Source: an uncultured Pseudomonadales bacterium (lineage in GTDB: Bacteria > Patescibacteriota > Microgenomatia > UBA1400 > MFAQ01). Taken from it: a stretch of DNA of 44,957 nt. The stretch lies in the NCBI GenBank assembly GCA_964491365.1, contig CAZBFU010000002.1:3354-48310 (forward strand), given 5' to 3'. The notes under the pieces were generated by a model, which worked only from the letters and a program-made list of their open reading frames with translations, was not told the origin of the DNA and ran no database searches. Within the stretch, counting starts at the first letter, position 1. Every line of letters begins with the position of its first letter. Below are positions 1 through 7,740 of this stretch, in pieces. Both the position numbers and the translations under genes were made by a program.

Positions 1-53
1 CTCTCTCCTGGCAGTCTCCCTGCCGGTCACCCACACCAGTTCTTTGATTTATC

Positions 54-121
54 GCCTGTTAAGTTCAAAGGTGAACATCCCTCTTCAAAAGGGAAGGCTG
101 GTTCGATTCCAGAAACGGGCA
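54..121 (+). tRNA. Compact tRNA-like gene with anticodon loop CUUCAAA (anticodon UCA, complementary to UGA). No CCA is encoded.
   Basis: Hand-folded cloverleaf. Acceptor 54-60/114-120 (7 bp, one G-U). D stem 63-66/73-76 with a GG-containing loop. Anticodon stem 78-82/90-94 with loop 83-89 CUUCAAA. T stem 98-101/109-112 around a GGTTCGATTCC T-loop. Discriminator A121. It is non-canonical: the variable region is only 2-3 nt, the T stem has 4 clean bp, and position 8 is A. Confidence 0.6.
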
Positions 122-123
122 CT

Positions 124-169
124 GGTCTGGAGGTGGTCTTCTCGGTAGGCGCCGAGACCCCTCCAGACC
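124..169 (+). other. Long GC-rich bulged stem-loop between the two tRNA-like genes
   Basis: Outer stem GGTCTGGAGG (124-133) pairs with CCTCCAGACC (160-169). Inner stem is TCTCGG/CCGAGA around loop TAGGCG. No U-tract follows, so it is not a classic intrinsic terminator. Confidence 0.5.
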
Positions 170-180
170 TTAACTGTTTG

Positions 181-256
181 GCGCATTTAGCTCAGTGGAA
201 GAGCGCCTCGTGTTAACCCGCGAGGAGGTACGCAGGTTCCATTCCTGCAATGCGCA
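181..256 (+). tRNA. tRNA-like gene with a non-canonical anticodon arm. Identity unresolved. No CCA is encoded.
   Basis: Acceptor GCGCATT 181-187 pairs with AATGCGC 249-255. D arm GCTC/GAGC with loop AGTGGAA. T arm GCAGG-TTCCATT-CCTGC (232-248). Discriminator A256. The anticodon arm 206-225 folds only as 5 bp plus a 10-nt loop (TGTTAACCCG), 6 bp plus an 8-nt loop, or 7 bp plus a 6-nt loop. It never gives the canonical 7-nt loop. Confidence 0.55.
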
Positions 257-257
257 C

Positions 258-486
258 TGGCCGGAGGCGGGTAGACTATTGCCCTCCAATCCTCGGTACC
301 CCGAGGGTGGAGTGGTGGTCGCTTCACTCTCAGGTGGATCAAGTCTGATCCGCCTTCGGCCTCTCTCACTTTCTGCCCCAAGCGGGCGGGCAGTGAGAAA
401 AAGCATGCGGATACGCTACAGATCCAGAAGTAGCAGAGGCAGTTCCATGGACAGCCCGATGGGGTCAGACCCTGTATCCGCTCTCG
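258..486 (+). ncRNA. Unidentified GC-rich structured RNA, family not assigned
   Basis: A series of well-paired hairpins: 263-267/283-287; 291-296/301-306 with loop TACC; 310-314/325-329; 334-340/347-353; a bulged hairpin at 364-398; and an 8-bp long-range helix GCGGATAC 407-414 / GTATCCGC 474-481 that encloses hairpin 415-419/430-434. The region is much more GC-rich than the coding sequence around it. It ends directly at a strong terminator. The ORFs called here (170-406, 187-381, 195-623) look spurious. Confidence 0.4.
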
Positions 487-518
487 CCCCCGACTTACGT
501 ATAGTCGGGGGTTTTTTT
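487..518 (+). terminator. Rho-independent terminator
   Basis: CCCCCGACT (487-495) and AGTCGGGGG (503-511) form a 9-bp GC-rich stem. A T7 run follows at 512-518. Confidence 0.8.
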
Positions 519-552
519 ATGTCTAAATTGTCAATTCTGTTAAGATTAAGCG

Positions 553-1638
553 ATGCAATTGTTGATCTTCTTTTTAATTTTGTCAGGCTTAGTTTTAATC
601 CACGAGTGGGGTCACTATATTAGTGCCAAAATATTTGGGGTTCGAGTAGAAGAATTTGGGATTGGCATACCGCCACGTGCGAAAAAGCTATTTGTGAGAA
701 AGGGTACTTTATTTACTTTAAATTGGTTACCTATTGGAGGTTTTGTCAGACTCTTTGGTGAAGAATTTCAAGAAGGAGATGATATTTCTAAAAAACTAAC
801 TGATCGTTTTTTCGATAAACCAATCTGGCAAAGAGCGATAGTCATGGTGGCTGGGGTGGTAATGAATTTTGCCTTAGGAGTTTTGATATTCGGCGGCATC
901 TATTCATACTTGGGTATACCTACTCAAACTGATGAGGTAAGAGTAACCGAAGTAATGAAAGGTAGTCCTGCGGAATCGGTTGGTATTGTTGCGGGAGATA
1001 TTATTAAGAAAGTAGAGTATGAGAAAACTGAAAGCATTTTTAGCAAAACAGATGATCTTGTCAAATTTATCGCCGATCACAAAGGTAAAGAAGTAAAAAT
1101 TGTATTTAATCGTGATGGAAGTGAGATGACCAAGTCTGTAGTACCTAGAGTTGAACCACCAGTGGGAGAAGGTGCACTTGGCGTGGGTTTAAGTAATACG
1201 ATCATGAAACATTATCCCTGGTATGAAATGCCTTTTAGAGGAATGGTGGTTGGAATAAACGAAGCAATCGCTTGGGGTAAGCAGATTTTGACTGGATTGG
1301 GTGATATGGCGATGAGTGTTTTGACTGGCAAGGGCGTTCCAAGGGAGGTTTCTGGTCCAATTGGAATCTACCAGGTGAGTAGTGAGGTCACCAAGTTTGG
1401 TTGGATTGCAACTTTACAGTTTATAGCGATTCTGTCGATTAATCTGGCGATCTTAAATATTTTACCTTTACCTGCTTTGGATGGAGGCAGAATCGTCTTT
1501 TTGGGAGTAGAAATGTTGATCGGAAAGCGTCTTAAGAACAGAATTGAAGGTTATGTACATGCTGCAGGTATGTATGCCTTACTTCTACTGATGGCCTTGA
1601 TTACTTTTAGAGATGTTGCCAAAATATTTAAATGGTAA
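553..1638 (+). CDS. rseP: RIP metalloprotease RseP (site-2 protease, M50 family) with PDZ domain
   Basis: N-terminal TM segment with HEWGH (HExxH). Central PDZ-like segment (GSPAESVGIVAGDII). C-terminal LPLPALDGG motif. Confidence 0.9.
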   Translation: MQLLIFFLILSGLVLIHEWGHYISAKIFGVRVEEFGIGIPPRAKKLFVRKGTLFTLNWLPIGGFVRLFGEEFQEGDDISKKLTDRFFDKPIWQRAIVMVAGVVMNFALGVLIFGGIYSYLGIPTQTDEVRVTEVMKGSPAESVGIVAGDIIKKVEYEKTESIFSKTDDLVKFIADHKGKEVKIVFNRDGSEMTKSVVPRVEPPVGEGALGVGLSNTIMKHYPWYEMPFRGMVVGINEAIAWGKQILTGLGDMAMSVLTGKGVPREVSGPIGIYQVSSEVTKFGWIATLQFIAILSINLAILNILPLPALDGGRIVFLGVEMLIGKRLKNRIEGYVHAAGMYALLLLMALITFRDVAKIFKW

Positions 1639-1982
1639 ACAAAACCAACCAAAAATGTGTTTTTTGTGAAATTGTCGCTGGTGAAATTCCTTCAAAGAAG
1701 CTTTGGGAAAATGAGGAATTCCAGGCGATCGAGAATAAGTTCAAAGACGCTCCTGTCCATGTCTTAGTCATACCCAAGGCTCATATAGCCAAGGCTGAAC
1801 AGCTTAGATCGACAGATGGGGACTTTTACGGTAGAATAATGTCTGCAGTTTTTGAGGTAGTGAGAGTGTTGGAGCTTGAAAAGAAAGGTTTTCAGCTTGT
1901 ATATAACGGAGCTGGATACAATGGCATTGAGCACGAACACTTTCATGTTTTAAGTGGTAAAAAGCTACTTGAAAATACCTAA
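1632..1982 (+). CDS. HIT family (histidine triad) protein
   Basis: CVFCEI N-terminus and the histidine triad EHEHFHV near the C-terminus. About 116 aa. Confidence 0.85.
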   Translation: MVNKTNQKCVFCEIVAGEIPSKKLWENEEFQAIENKFKDAPVHVLVIPKAHIAKAEQLRSTDGDFYGRIMSAVFEVVRVLELEKKGFQLVYNGAGYNGIEHEHFHVLSGKKLLENT

Positions 1983-2039
1983 AAATGCAGATTAGATTGT
2001 TAGAAAAATAAAGAAATTAGAAAGAGAGGTGTTTTCTAG

Positions 2040-2264
2040 ATGGCTCTAGTAGTCAAGAAAAAGCAAGGTCAAAACCTACAACAAATGATCAATGAATTCC
2101 GACGTTTAACGTGGGAAGATGTTGGTTTGGAAAAAGTGAAAGAAGTAGCCATGAAAGGTTACCAAAAGCCTTCTTCTGTCCGAAAAGAACGAAATGATCG
2201 TCTTCGCAAAGAAAGAATGAAGATCAGACGTCGTAACGCTCGCAGTGCGAGAGGAGGAAAATAA
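2040..2264 (+). CDS. rpsU: 30S ribosomal protein S21
   Basis: 74 aa and very basic. FRR...GL..E......Y.KPS..RKE pattern with an Arg/Lys-rich tail, typical of S21. Confidence 0.7.
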   Translation: MALVVKKKQGQNLQQMINEFRRLTWEDVGLEKVKEVAMKGYQKPSSVRKERNDRLRKERMKIRRRNARSARGGK

Positions 2265-2696
2265 ATGACTCTTTTTGAACAGTTAAAAGCTGATCAACTT
2301 GCCGCAATGAGAAACCGTGACCAAAGTTTGGTTACGGTTCTGCGGATGTTGTTGTCTGAATTATCTTACAAAGTAATAGACGCAAAGTCGGAGATGACTG
2401 ATGAAGTAGTTGTAGATGTTCTTCGAAAGGAGCTTAAGAAAAGAAATGAATCAATTGCTATATATGAGAAAGCAAATGACGCAGAGCGGTCTGCTCAGGA
2501 GAAGTACGAAGTTGGAATAATCTCCAAATACGTCCCCGCAGATATGGATGAGGACCTGGTAAGACAAGTAGTAGAAGAAATGGCAAGTAGTGGAAAAAGA
2601 GGTGGTCAACTGGTGGGTCTTGTGATGGGTAAGTTAAAAGGGAAAGTTGAAGGAAATGTGGTATCGAAACTGGTGATGGAAAAGTATGGTAGTTAA
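2265..2696 (+). CDS. GatB/YqeY domain-containing protein
   Basis: N-terminal L..D...AM...D......LR.L........... pattern and a size of 143 aa, typical of YqeY. Confidence 0.8.
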   Translation: MTLFEQLKADQLAAMRNRDQSLVTVLRMLLSELSYKVIDAKSEMTDEVVVDVLRKELKKRNESIAIYEKANDAERSAQEKYEVGIISKYVPADMDEDLVRQVVEEMASSGKRGGQLVGLVMGKLKGKVEGNVVSKLVMEKYGS

Positions 2697-3102
2697 AAAA
2701 ACCTTACAGAGTGGCAAGGTTACCCTGGCATTAGATGTCAAGGCGGATAGCAGATATCGATTTGATCGTTCAAAAATTCGTAAAGGGGTAATTGAATTAC
2801 TGGTATCTCAAGGAGTCTTGGGTAGAGTTGAGCTTTCGTTGTCGGTAGTGGGAGATAGAAAGATTAGAAACTTAAAAAAACAATTTTTAGGAGTCGATGA
2901 AGTAACTGATGTACTTTCTTTTCCTATGGCGGAAGGAGAGTCAATTCCTGGCGAAGAAAAAATGCTTTCTTTAGGTGATGTGGTTGTTTGTTATCCTCAA
3001 GCGAAAAGGCAAGCACTGAGAAGAAATAAGTTAATTGACGATGAAATAGAGTTTTTGGTTTGTCACGGAGTGTTACATTTATTAGGAATACATCACAACT
3101 GA
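2686..3102 (+). CDS. ybeY: rRNA maturation RNase YbeY
   Basis: C-terminal HGVLHLLGIHH matches the YbeY H-G-x-L-H-L-x-G-x-x-H zinc motif. The gene ends in tandem stops TGA TAG. Confidence 0.85.
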   Translation: MVVKKTLQSGKVTLALDVKADSRYRFDRSKIRKGVIELLVSQGVLGRVELSLSVVGDRKIRNLKKQFLGVDEVTDVLSFPMAEGESIPGEEKMLSLGDVVVCYPQAKRQALRRNKLIDDEIEFLVCHGVLHLLGIHHN

Positions 3103-3156
3103 TAGGGTTTGTTTGAGAAGTTTTTCTAGTTTACAAAATGAGCACTTTATGTTGTC

Positions 3157-3185
3157 TTGACATGAGTCTTTGCGAGATCTAGTTT
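3157..3185 (+). promoter_or_regulatory. Candidate sigma70-type promoter for dnaX
   Basis: TTGACA (3157-3162), a 17-nt spacer, then TAGTTT (3180-3185), just upstream of the dnaX start. The -10 element is weak. Confidence 0.25.
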
Positions 3186-3194
3186 AGACAGTGC

Positions 3195-4685
3195 ATGAGC
3201 TTTTATCAGAAATACCGACCAGACAATTTTGGAGAGTTGGATCTAGGGGGAGTGAGAGATTTTTTCAAAAGATTGTTGATGTCAGGAGAAGTGGCACATG
3301 CATATTTATTGGTTGGTCCAAGAGGTTCTGGTAAGACAAGTTCAGCTAGGATATTGGCCAAAGTTGTTAATTGTGAACTTAATATTGATGAGAATGGGAA
3401 ACTTAAAAAACTTTTAGTAGAGCCTTGTGGTAAGTGCGAATCTTGTCGAAGTATTAAGTCTGGTGGGGCAGTGGATGTAGTGGAGATGGACGCAGCTTCA
3501 CATCGAGGTATAGACGATATCAGAGAAATTAAAGAGCGTGTTAATCTCTCGCCGGCTATATTGCCGAAAAAGGTCTACATCATAGATGAAGTGCATATGC
3601 TGACCAACGAAGCCTTTAATGCACTTCTTAAGACACTTGAAGAGCCGCCAGAGCATTGTTTGTTTGTATTGTGTACGACAGAAAAACATAAAGTTCCTGA
3701 AACGATATTGTCTAGATGCGTCACAGTAAGTTTTACCAAAGCTGGTAAATTGGAACTGATTAAGTCACTCAAGAGAGCCTGTGATGGCGAACATATTGAG
3801 GCAGACGATGAAGCAATTGAACTTTTGGCCGATGTGGTTGATGGATCTTTTAGAGAAGCTCACAAACTTCTTGAGCAAGTTGCTAGTTTGAAACAAAGAT
3901 TGACAGTTGAATCTGTAAGAGAGCAATTGAAAGTAGTGGGTGGTGACAGAATAGTGAAGTTAATGCAGGCAGTGAGTGAAAGAGAAACAGCTAAAATATT
4001 TGAACTATTGGGAAACTTGGAAGACGAAGGCGTAGCAGTATCAGAAATTATCCTAAGACTCTTAGAGCAGCTCAGACTGCAAATTAAAGTACAAACAAAT
4101 TTAGGTCAGGAGGTGAGTCTGTTTCAAAAAAGGCTTATGACTCGTCTTTTGACAGCGGCAAAACAAGTGAAGTGGTCACCGTTACCATATATGCCTCTTG
4201 AGATGGCTTTGGTTTTTAATGCTCGAAACAAAAAGGGTGGAACAGGAGCCAAAAAAATTATAGAAAGAGTAAATAATGACACTGGGCAAAAGGTGGAGAA
4301 GTCGGTGGCGAAGAAAACCCTAACAACTAACAATGCTGAAATTATAAAAATCCAGACAAAATGGTGGGAGTTTTGTGAAGAACTTGGTGAACAAAATTTG
4401 AGTTTGGCAAGTATGTTAAAAGCAGGTAGACCGGCAGAAATAGAAGGTGAAGCATTGATTTTGGAAGTTGGCTTTAAGTTTCATAAAGAGCAATTAGAGG
4501 TAGAGACTAAAAAAAGATTGGTAGAAGAGTCATTAAAAAAATGGTGTGATTTGCGGAGTTTGAAATGTCGATTGGTCAATAAAGAGAGTCTCAAAGTTGA
4601 CTCATTTGTGACGAGCTTACATAGCAATGGTGAGGCTAACGTTAAGACAGAAGTGGCTAAAATGGCTGAGGAGGTCTTTGGTTAG
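3195..4685 (+). CDS. dnaX: DNA polymerase III subunit gamma/tau
   Basis: YRP..F.E, Walker A GPRGSGKTS, a Cys4 zinc module (CGKCESC), the DEVHML box and a SRC motif. Confidence 0.92.
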   Translation: MSFYQKYRPDNFGELDLGGVRDFFKRLLMSGEVAHAYLLVGPRGSGKTSSARILAKVVNCELNIDENGKLKKLLVEPCGKCESCRSIKSGGAVDVVEMDAASHRGIDDIREIKERVNLSPAILPKKVYIIDEVHMLTNEAFNALLKTLEEPPEHCLFVLCTTEKHKVPETILSRCVTVSFTKAGKLELIKSLKRACDGEHIEADDEAIELLADVVDGSFREAHKLLEQVASLKQRLTVESVREQLKVVGGDRIVKLMQAVSERETAKIFELLGNLEDEGVAVSEIILRLLEQLRLQIKVQTNLGQEVSLFQKRLMTRLLTAAKQVKWSPLPYMPLEMALVFNARNKKGGTGAKKIIERVNNDTGQKVEKSVAKKTLTTNNAEIIKIQTKWWEFCEELGEQNLSLASMLKAGRPAEIEGEALILEVGFKFHKEQLEVETKKRLVEESLKKWCDLRSLKCRLVNKESLKVDSFVTSLHSNGEANVKTEVAKMAEEVFG

Positions 4686-4703
4686 TGTTAAAATCTTTAG
4701 AAT

Positions 4704-4991
4704 ATGTTCAATAACGTAAAACAATTCGGAAGTCAGGGAGCTGCAGCTGCCAAAATGGCAATGATTCAGCTAAAAATTAAAAACAAAAAAATTGAAGTCA
4801 AAACTGATGAAGTGGAAGTTGTAGTTTCTGGTGATGGTAAGTTGAAGCATCTTAAGATCGACGGTAAAGATCGAGGTGAGGTGGTCAAGAGTATCAATGA
4901 AGCCATCAACAAAGCTCAAGCATTTGCTGCTGAAGAGATGAAGGGGGTCATGGGAGAGCTTCAGACCATTCTCGGCCAGATGAAGAAGTAG
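4704..4991 (+). CDS. ybaB: YbaB/EbfC family nucleoid-associated protein
   Basis: 95 aa, positioned between dnaX and recR (the conserved dnaX-ybaB-recR synteny). Central beta segment followed by a C-terminal helix. Confidence 0.75.
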   Translation: MFNNVKQFGSQGAAAAKMAMIQLKIKNKKIEVKTDEVEVVVSGDGKLKHLKIDGKDRGEVVKSINEAINKAQAFAAEEMKGVMGELQTILGQMKK

Positions 4992-4996
4992 AAGCT

Positions 4997-5632
4997 ATGA
5001 AGATAATCCGACCGGTTCAAAAGGTGGTTGATGCGTTTAGTGCTTTGCCTGGAATTGGCCCAAAAACTGCAGCCAGACTAGCCTTTTATCTATTACACGT
5101 TCCTCAGGAAAGATTGGAAAAATTTGCCACAAGTCTAGCCAGATTAAAACCTGATACTCATGAATGTGAAATCTGTATGAATGTTGGCGAAGAAGATATT
5201 TGCCCAATATGTGCCGATCCAAGTAGAGACAAGTCGACTATTTGTGTAGTTGAAAGCGTTTTAGATTTGCTAGCTTTTGAAAAAGCAGAAAGTTACAAAG
5301 GTGTATATCAAATCTTAGGCGGGGTAATCAATCCGATGGCCAATATTGGTCCAGATGAACTTTTTATTCCTAATTTGCTAAAACGATTACAAGAGAGCCA
5401 AGTGCGAGAAGTAATCTTGGCTACTAATGTTTCTATGGAAGGTGAAGCTACGGCACTATATATAGATGCCAAAATAAAGAAACTTCAGGAAAATGAAAAA
5501 ATCTCACAAGACATAAAAGTGAGTCGAATAGGTCGAGGATTGCCTACAGGAAGTGAAGTTGAATTCGCAGACGGCATGACGTTGATGAGAGCATTGGAAA
5601 GTAGGGTAAGATTTAATCAAGATGGCAACTAA
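4997..5632 (+). CDS. recR: Recombination protein RecR
   Basis: LPGIGPKTA helix-hairpin-helix, a C4 zinc finger (CEIC...CPIC) and a Toprim segment. Confidence 0.92.
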   Translation: MKIIRPVQKVVDAFSALPGIGPKTAARLAFYLLHVPQERLEKFATSLARLKPDTHECEICMNVGEEDICPICADPSRDKSTICVVESVLDLLAFEKAESYKGVYQILGGVINPMANIGPDELFIPNLLKRLQESQVREVILATNVSMEGEATALYIDAKIKKLQENEKISQDIKVSRIGRGLPTGSEVEFADGMTLMRALESRVRFNQDGN

Positions 5633-5999
5633 TCCCGTAGGTGATTTAGCCAAACTACCAGGAGAAATAATTGCAAAATCGATAGAGAGTTTGACATCAA
5701 ACACGGCTGCGAGTACTCAAACTCCAAACACAGGAAGTGACCAAACTGGCAAAGATGAAGCTTTGAAGAGGCAAATTCAAGCTAAAGACAAAGCGGCATT
5801 AGATAGAGTGATGAGTGATCTTGAAAGATATAGACACGAACAGGCGCAAATCTTGGCGCAGAAACAACAAAGTGTTCAAGATGATGAAGCTAAGAAGAAA
5901 AGTTTTGATACAAGAGAGAAACAGAAGAGAGGAAACGTCTTAAGTAGATTTTTTAAGAGTATCGCTGGGACTGGTGAAGCTTCTAAAATGAAGGGTTAG
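5622..5999 (+). CDS. Hypothetical protein, charged and Gln/Lys-rich, probably coiled coil
   Basis: ORF overlaps the recR stop by 11 nt. No recognisable motif. Confidence 0.45.
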   Translation: MATNPVGDLAKLPGEIIAKSIESLTSNTAASTQTPNTGSDQTGKDEALKRQIQAKDKAALDRVMSDLERYRHEQAQILAQKQQSVQDDEAKKKSFDTREKQKRGNVLSRFFKSIAGTGEASKMKG

Positions 6000-6003
6000 T
6001 GCA

Positions 6004-7740
6004 TTAGTCCATTGAGGCAATGATCTCATTCACGATGGATTTGATATTGTTAAAACCTTCTTGTGAAACTTGACCGTTCTTGGAACATTCAACTTCAAAT
6101 AATAATTGAGTGAGGACTAGCTCAACTAACCAAACACGGGCAGTGTTTACTGCAGGGTTCACCCCAAAAGCATCCAAAATACGCTTGATAGTAGGTGAGT
6201 CGGCATTGAGAATAATGGCATAGGAGTAGATGGTATCGACATAACCTCTGCCAGAAATGGTGGCAGAGTGTTGACGATCGATGACTACAGAAGGTTTATG
6301 TACACCTAGGCGGGCAATTCTTGCGGGGGGAAGTCCCTGAGTTTCTAATTCACTAACGGTAAGAGTAGCACCAGAGTCGTCGATATCTCTACTGATTACT
6401 TTTGGTTGAGAATTATTTGGGTGTAGTCCGGGTAAGACTTTTGCTAAGTGATTATGTCTCTTTTGTTTAGTTTCAACTTCGCAAGCATTTCCAACTGTAA
6501 AGGTTTCGATGCGTAATGAAGGCTCTATACCAAGGAAAGAATAAACAGAGTTTTGATCGCCAAGTAATTTGATCAGGGCAATAAAAGCCTTGTCTAAAGT
6601 TTTCTCAAGCGACTGGGCATGTTTTGATGTCAATTCATCATCTCGATGTTCATCTCTGAGTAGTTGAGCGACAATGGGTCCTATCAATTCGGTAAGTTTG
6701 TCTAAGATTGCAGTAGTAGTGGGATCAGTGGAGTGAAGTTTGGTTTTGAGAATATCCCTCTTAAGGACTAACCTAGGGTTTGGACTGATATCTATGCAAA
6801 CGGTTAGGGCATCTAGAGTGCCTTTGCGAGTAATACCAATTGGTAATTCTTTAAGCGGTAAGGTCTGAATGAGGCGACCGTTAAAGTAAATCAAGGCACT
6901 GGTATAGTGGCGAAGTGCACTTGTCGCTGTATGTCCATACTTTAAAGCTCTATCTACTGCTTGAATCCTCATGGCTTCTTGATCGGTCAAGTAAGCTTTG
7001 AAATTAGTTTCAAAACCATTAACTTTGGTCGTGTAATCAAGAAGAGTTTCTTTGAGGTGAACATGGGCAGGGGTAATAAGATGACTAAAGGCACGTCCAT
7101 TACCAACATCTTCGACTCTAATACTTAACAGACCCTCGTCCAGCAATTTTGCATAAGTCCAACCCAAAGAATCACATGAACGTGCTAATTGCTCTGGATC
7201 AAATAAATTTAGATTTACTCCATCGATTAGAAAAGTTGTTTGAGAGTGCGAGGAAGGCAAACTAGTACTGGTTGAGATAGGAAAACTGTTACCAACTTCG
7301 AGCTGGTTCCATAGATGGTCGATTTGTACACTATTGATACGATTCGAATTTTCTTCTTGAGTTTGGACATATAAATGACCATGAAGCCGATGGGTACATG
7401 CCAATAGAGATGCAGTACCACCCATGTGATGCTGACCCTGTGCGTAGCCGTTTTTGCGAGAAGGGGAGGCAAAACACAGAAATTCTTCAAGTTGTTCGGT
7501 ACTCATTGCTCGACCACCAAAATTGGTTATTTCTAACTGTCTCTTTTTACGGTCTAATTTGATGACAATACTGACTCTTCCTTGAGTACCAAAATCACCA
7601 AGGGCAGCATCGAGAGCATTATCAATCCACTCTCGAAGTGCAATCTCAACGTTTATTTGTGCTGTAAACGATTCGAGTAGCCGACGCATGTTGAGATCTA
7701 CTCTCATTTTTGGATCTTGTTCGGAAGATATTTTACCCAT
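6004..7740 (-). CDS. GHKL-superfamily (HATPase_c_3 / MORC-like) ATPase-domain protein, function unknown
   Basis: N-terminal Bergerat N-box E-W-I-D-N-A-L-D-A (residues 37-45). A degenerate G1-like box follows (ITNFGGRAM), then a G2-like glycine cluster (GQHHMGGTAS). The remaining 400 aa or so carry no motif I recognise. Confidence 0.6.
   Translation of the reverse strand: MGKISSEQDPKMRVDLNMRRLLESFTAQINVEIALREWIDNALDAALGDFGTQGRVSIVIKLDRKKRQLEITNFGGRAMSTEQLEEFLCFASPSRKNGYAQGQHHMGGTASLLACTHRLHGHLYVQTQEENSNRINSVQIDHLWNQLEVGNSFPISTSTSLPSSHSQTTFLIDGVNLNLFDPEQLARSCDSLGWTYAKLLDEGLLSIRVEDVGNGRAFSHLITPAHVHLKETLLDYTTKVNGFETNFKAYLTDQEAMRIQAVDRALKYGHTATSALRHYTSALIYFNGRLIQTLPLKELPIGITRKGTLDALTVCIDISPNPRLVLKRDILKTKLHSTDPTTTAILDKLTELIGPIVAQLLRDEHRDDELTSKHAQSLEKTLDKAFIALIKLLGDQNSVYSFLGIEPSLRIETFTVGNACEVETKQKRHNHLAKVLPGLHPNNSQPKVISRDIDDSGATLTVSELETQGLPPARIARLGVHKPSVVIDRQHSATISGRGYVDTIYSYAIILNADSPTIKRILDAFGVNPAVNTARVWLVELVLTQLLFEVECSKNGQVSQEGFNNIKSIVNEIIASMD

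Noticed and set aside
1-121. The GGTTCGATTCC T-loop near the window start first suggested the 3-prime end of tmRNA.
   Set aside because: The 3-prime strand AACGGGC-A cannot form the Ala-type acceptor (no G3-U70, no CUCCA ending). A complete small cloverleaf with its own 5-prime acceptor strand is found at 54-60 instead.
258-486. Assignment of this RNA as SRP RNA (ffs), RNase P RNA or 6S RNA.
   Set aside because: Only partial motif resemblance to SRP RNA. The tetraloop would be AGAA, and the region is a chain of hairpins rather than one long helix. The RNase P P4 signature (GAGGAAAGUCC ... ACAGAA..GGCUUA) is absent. This is kept as an open question, not a call.
170-623. ORF-track entries 170-406(-), 187-381(-) and 195-623(+).
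   Set aside because: They lie across the tRNA-like genes, the structured RNA and the terminator. They are Arg/Gly/Pro/Ser-rich as expected from translating GC-rich RNA, and they have no protein motifs.
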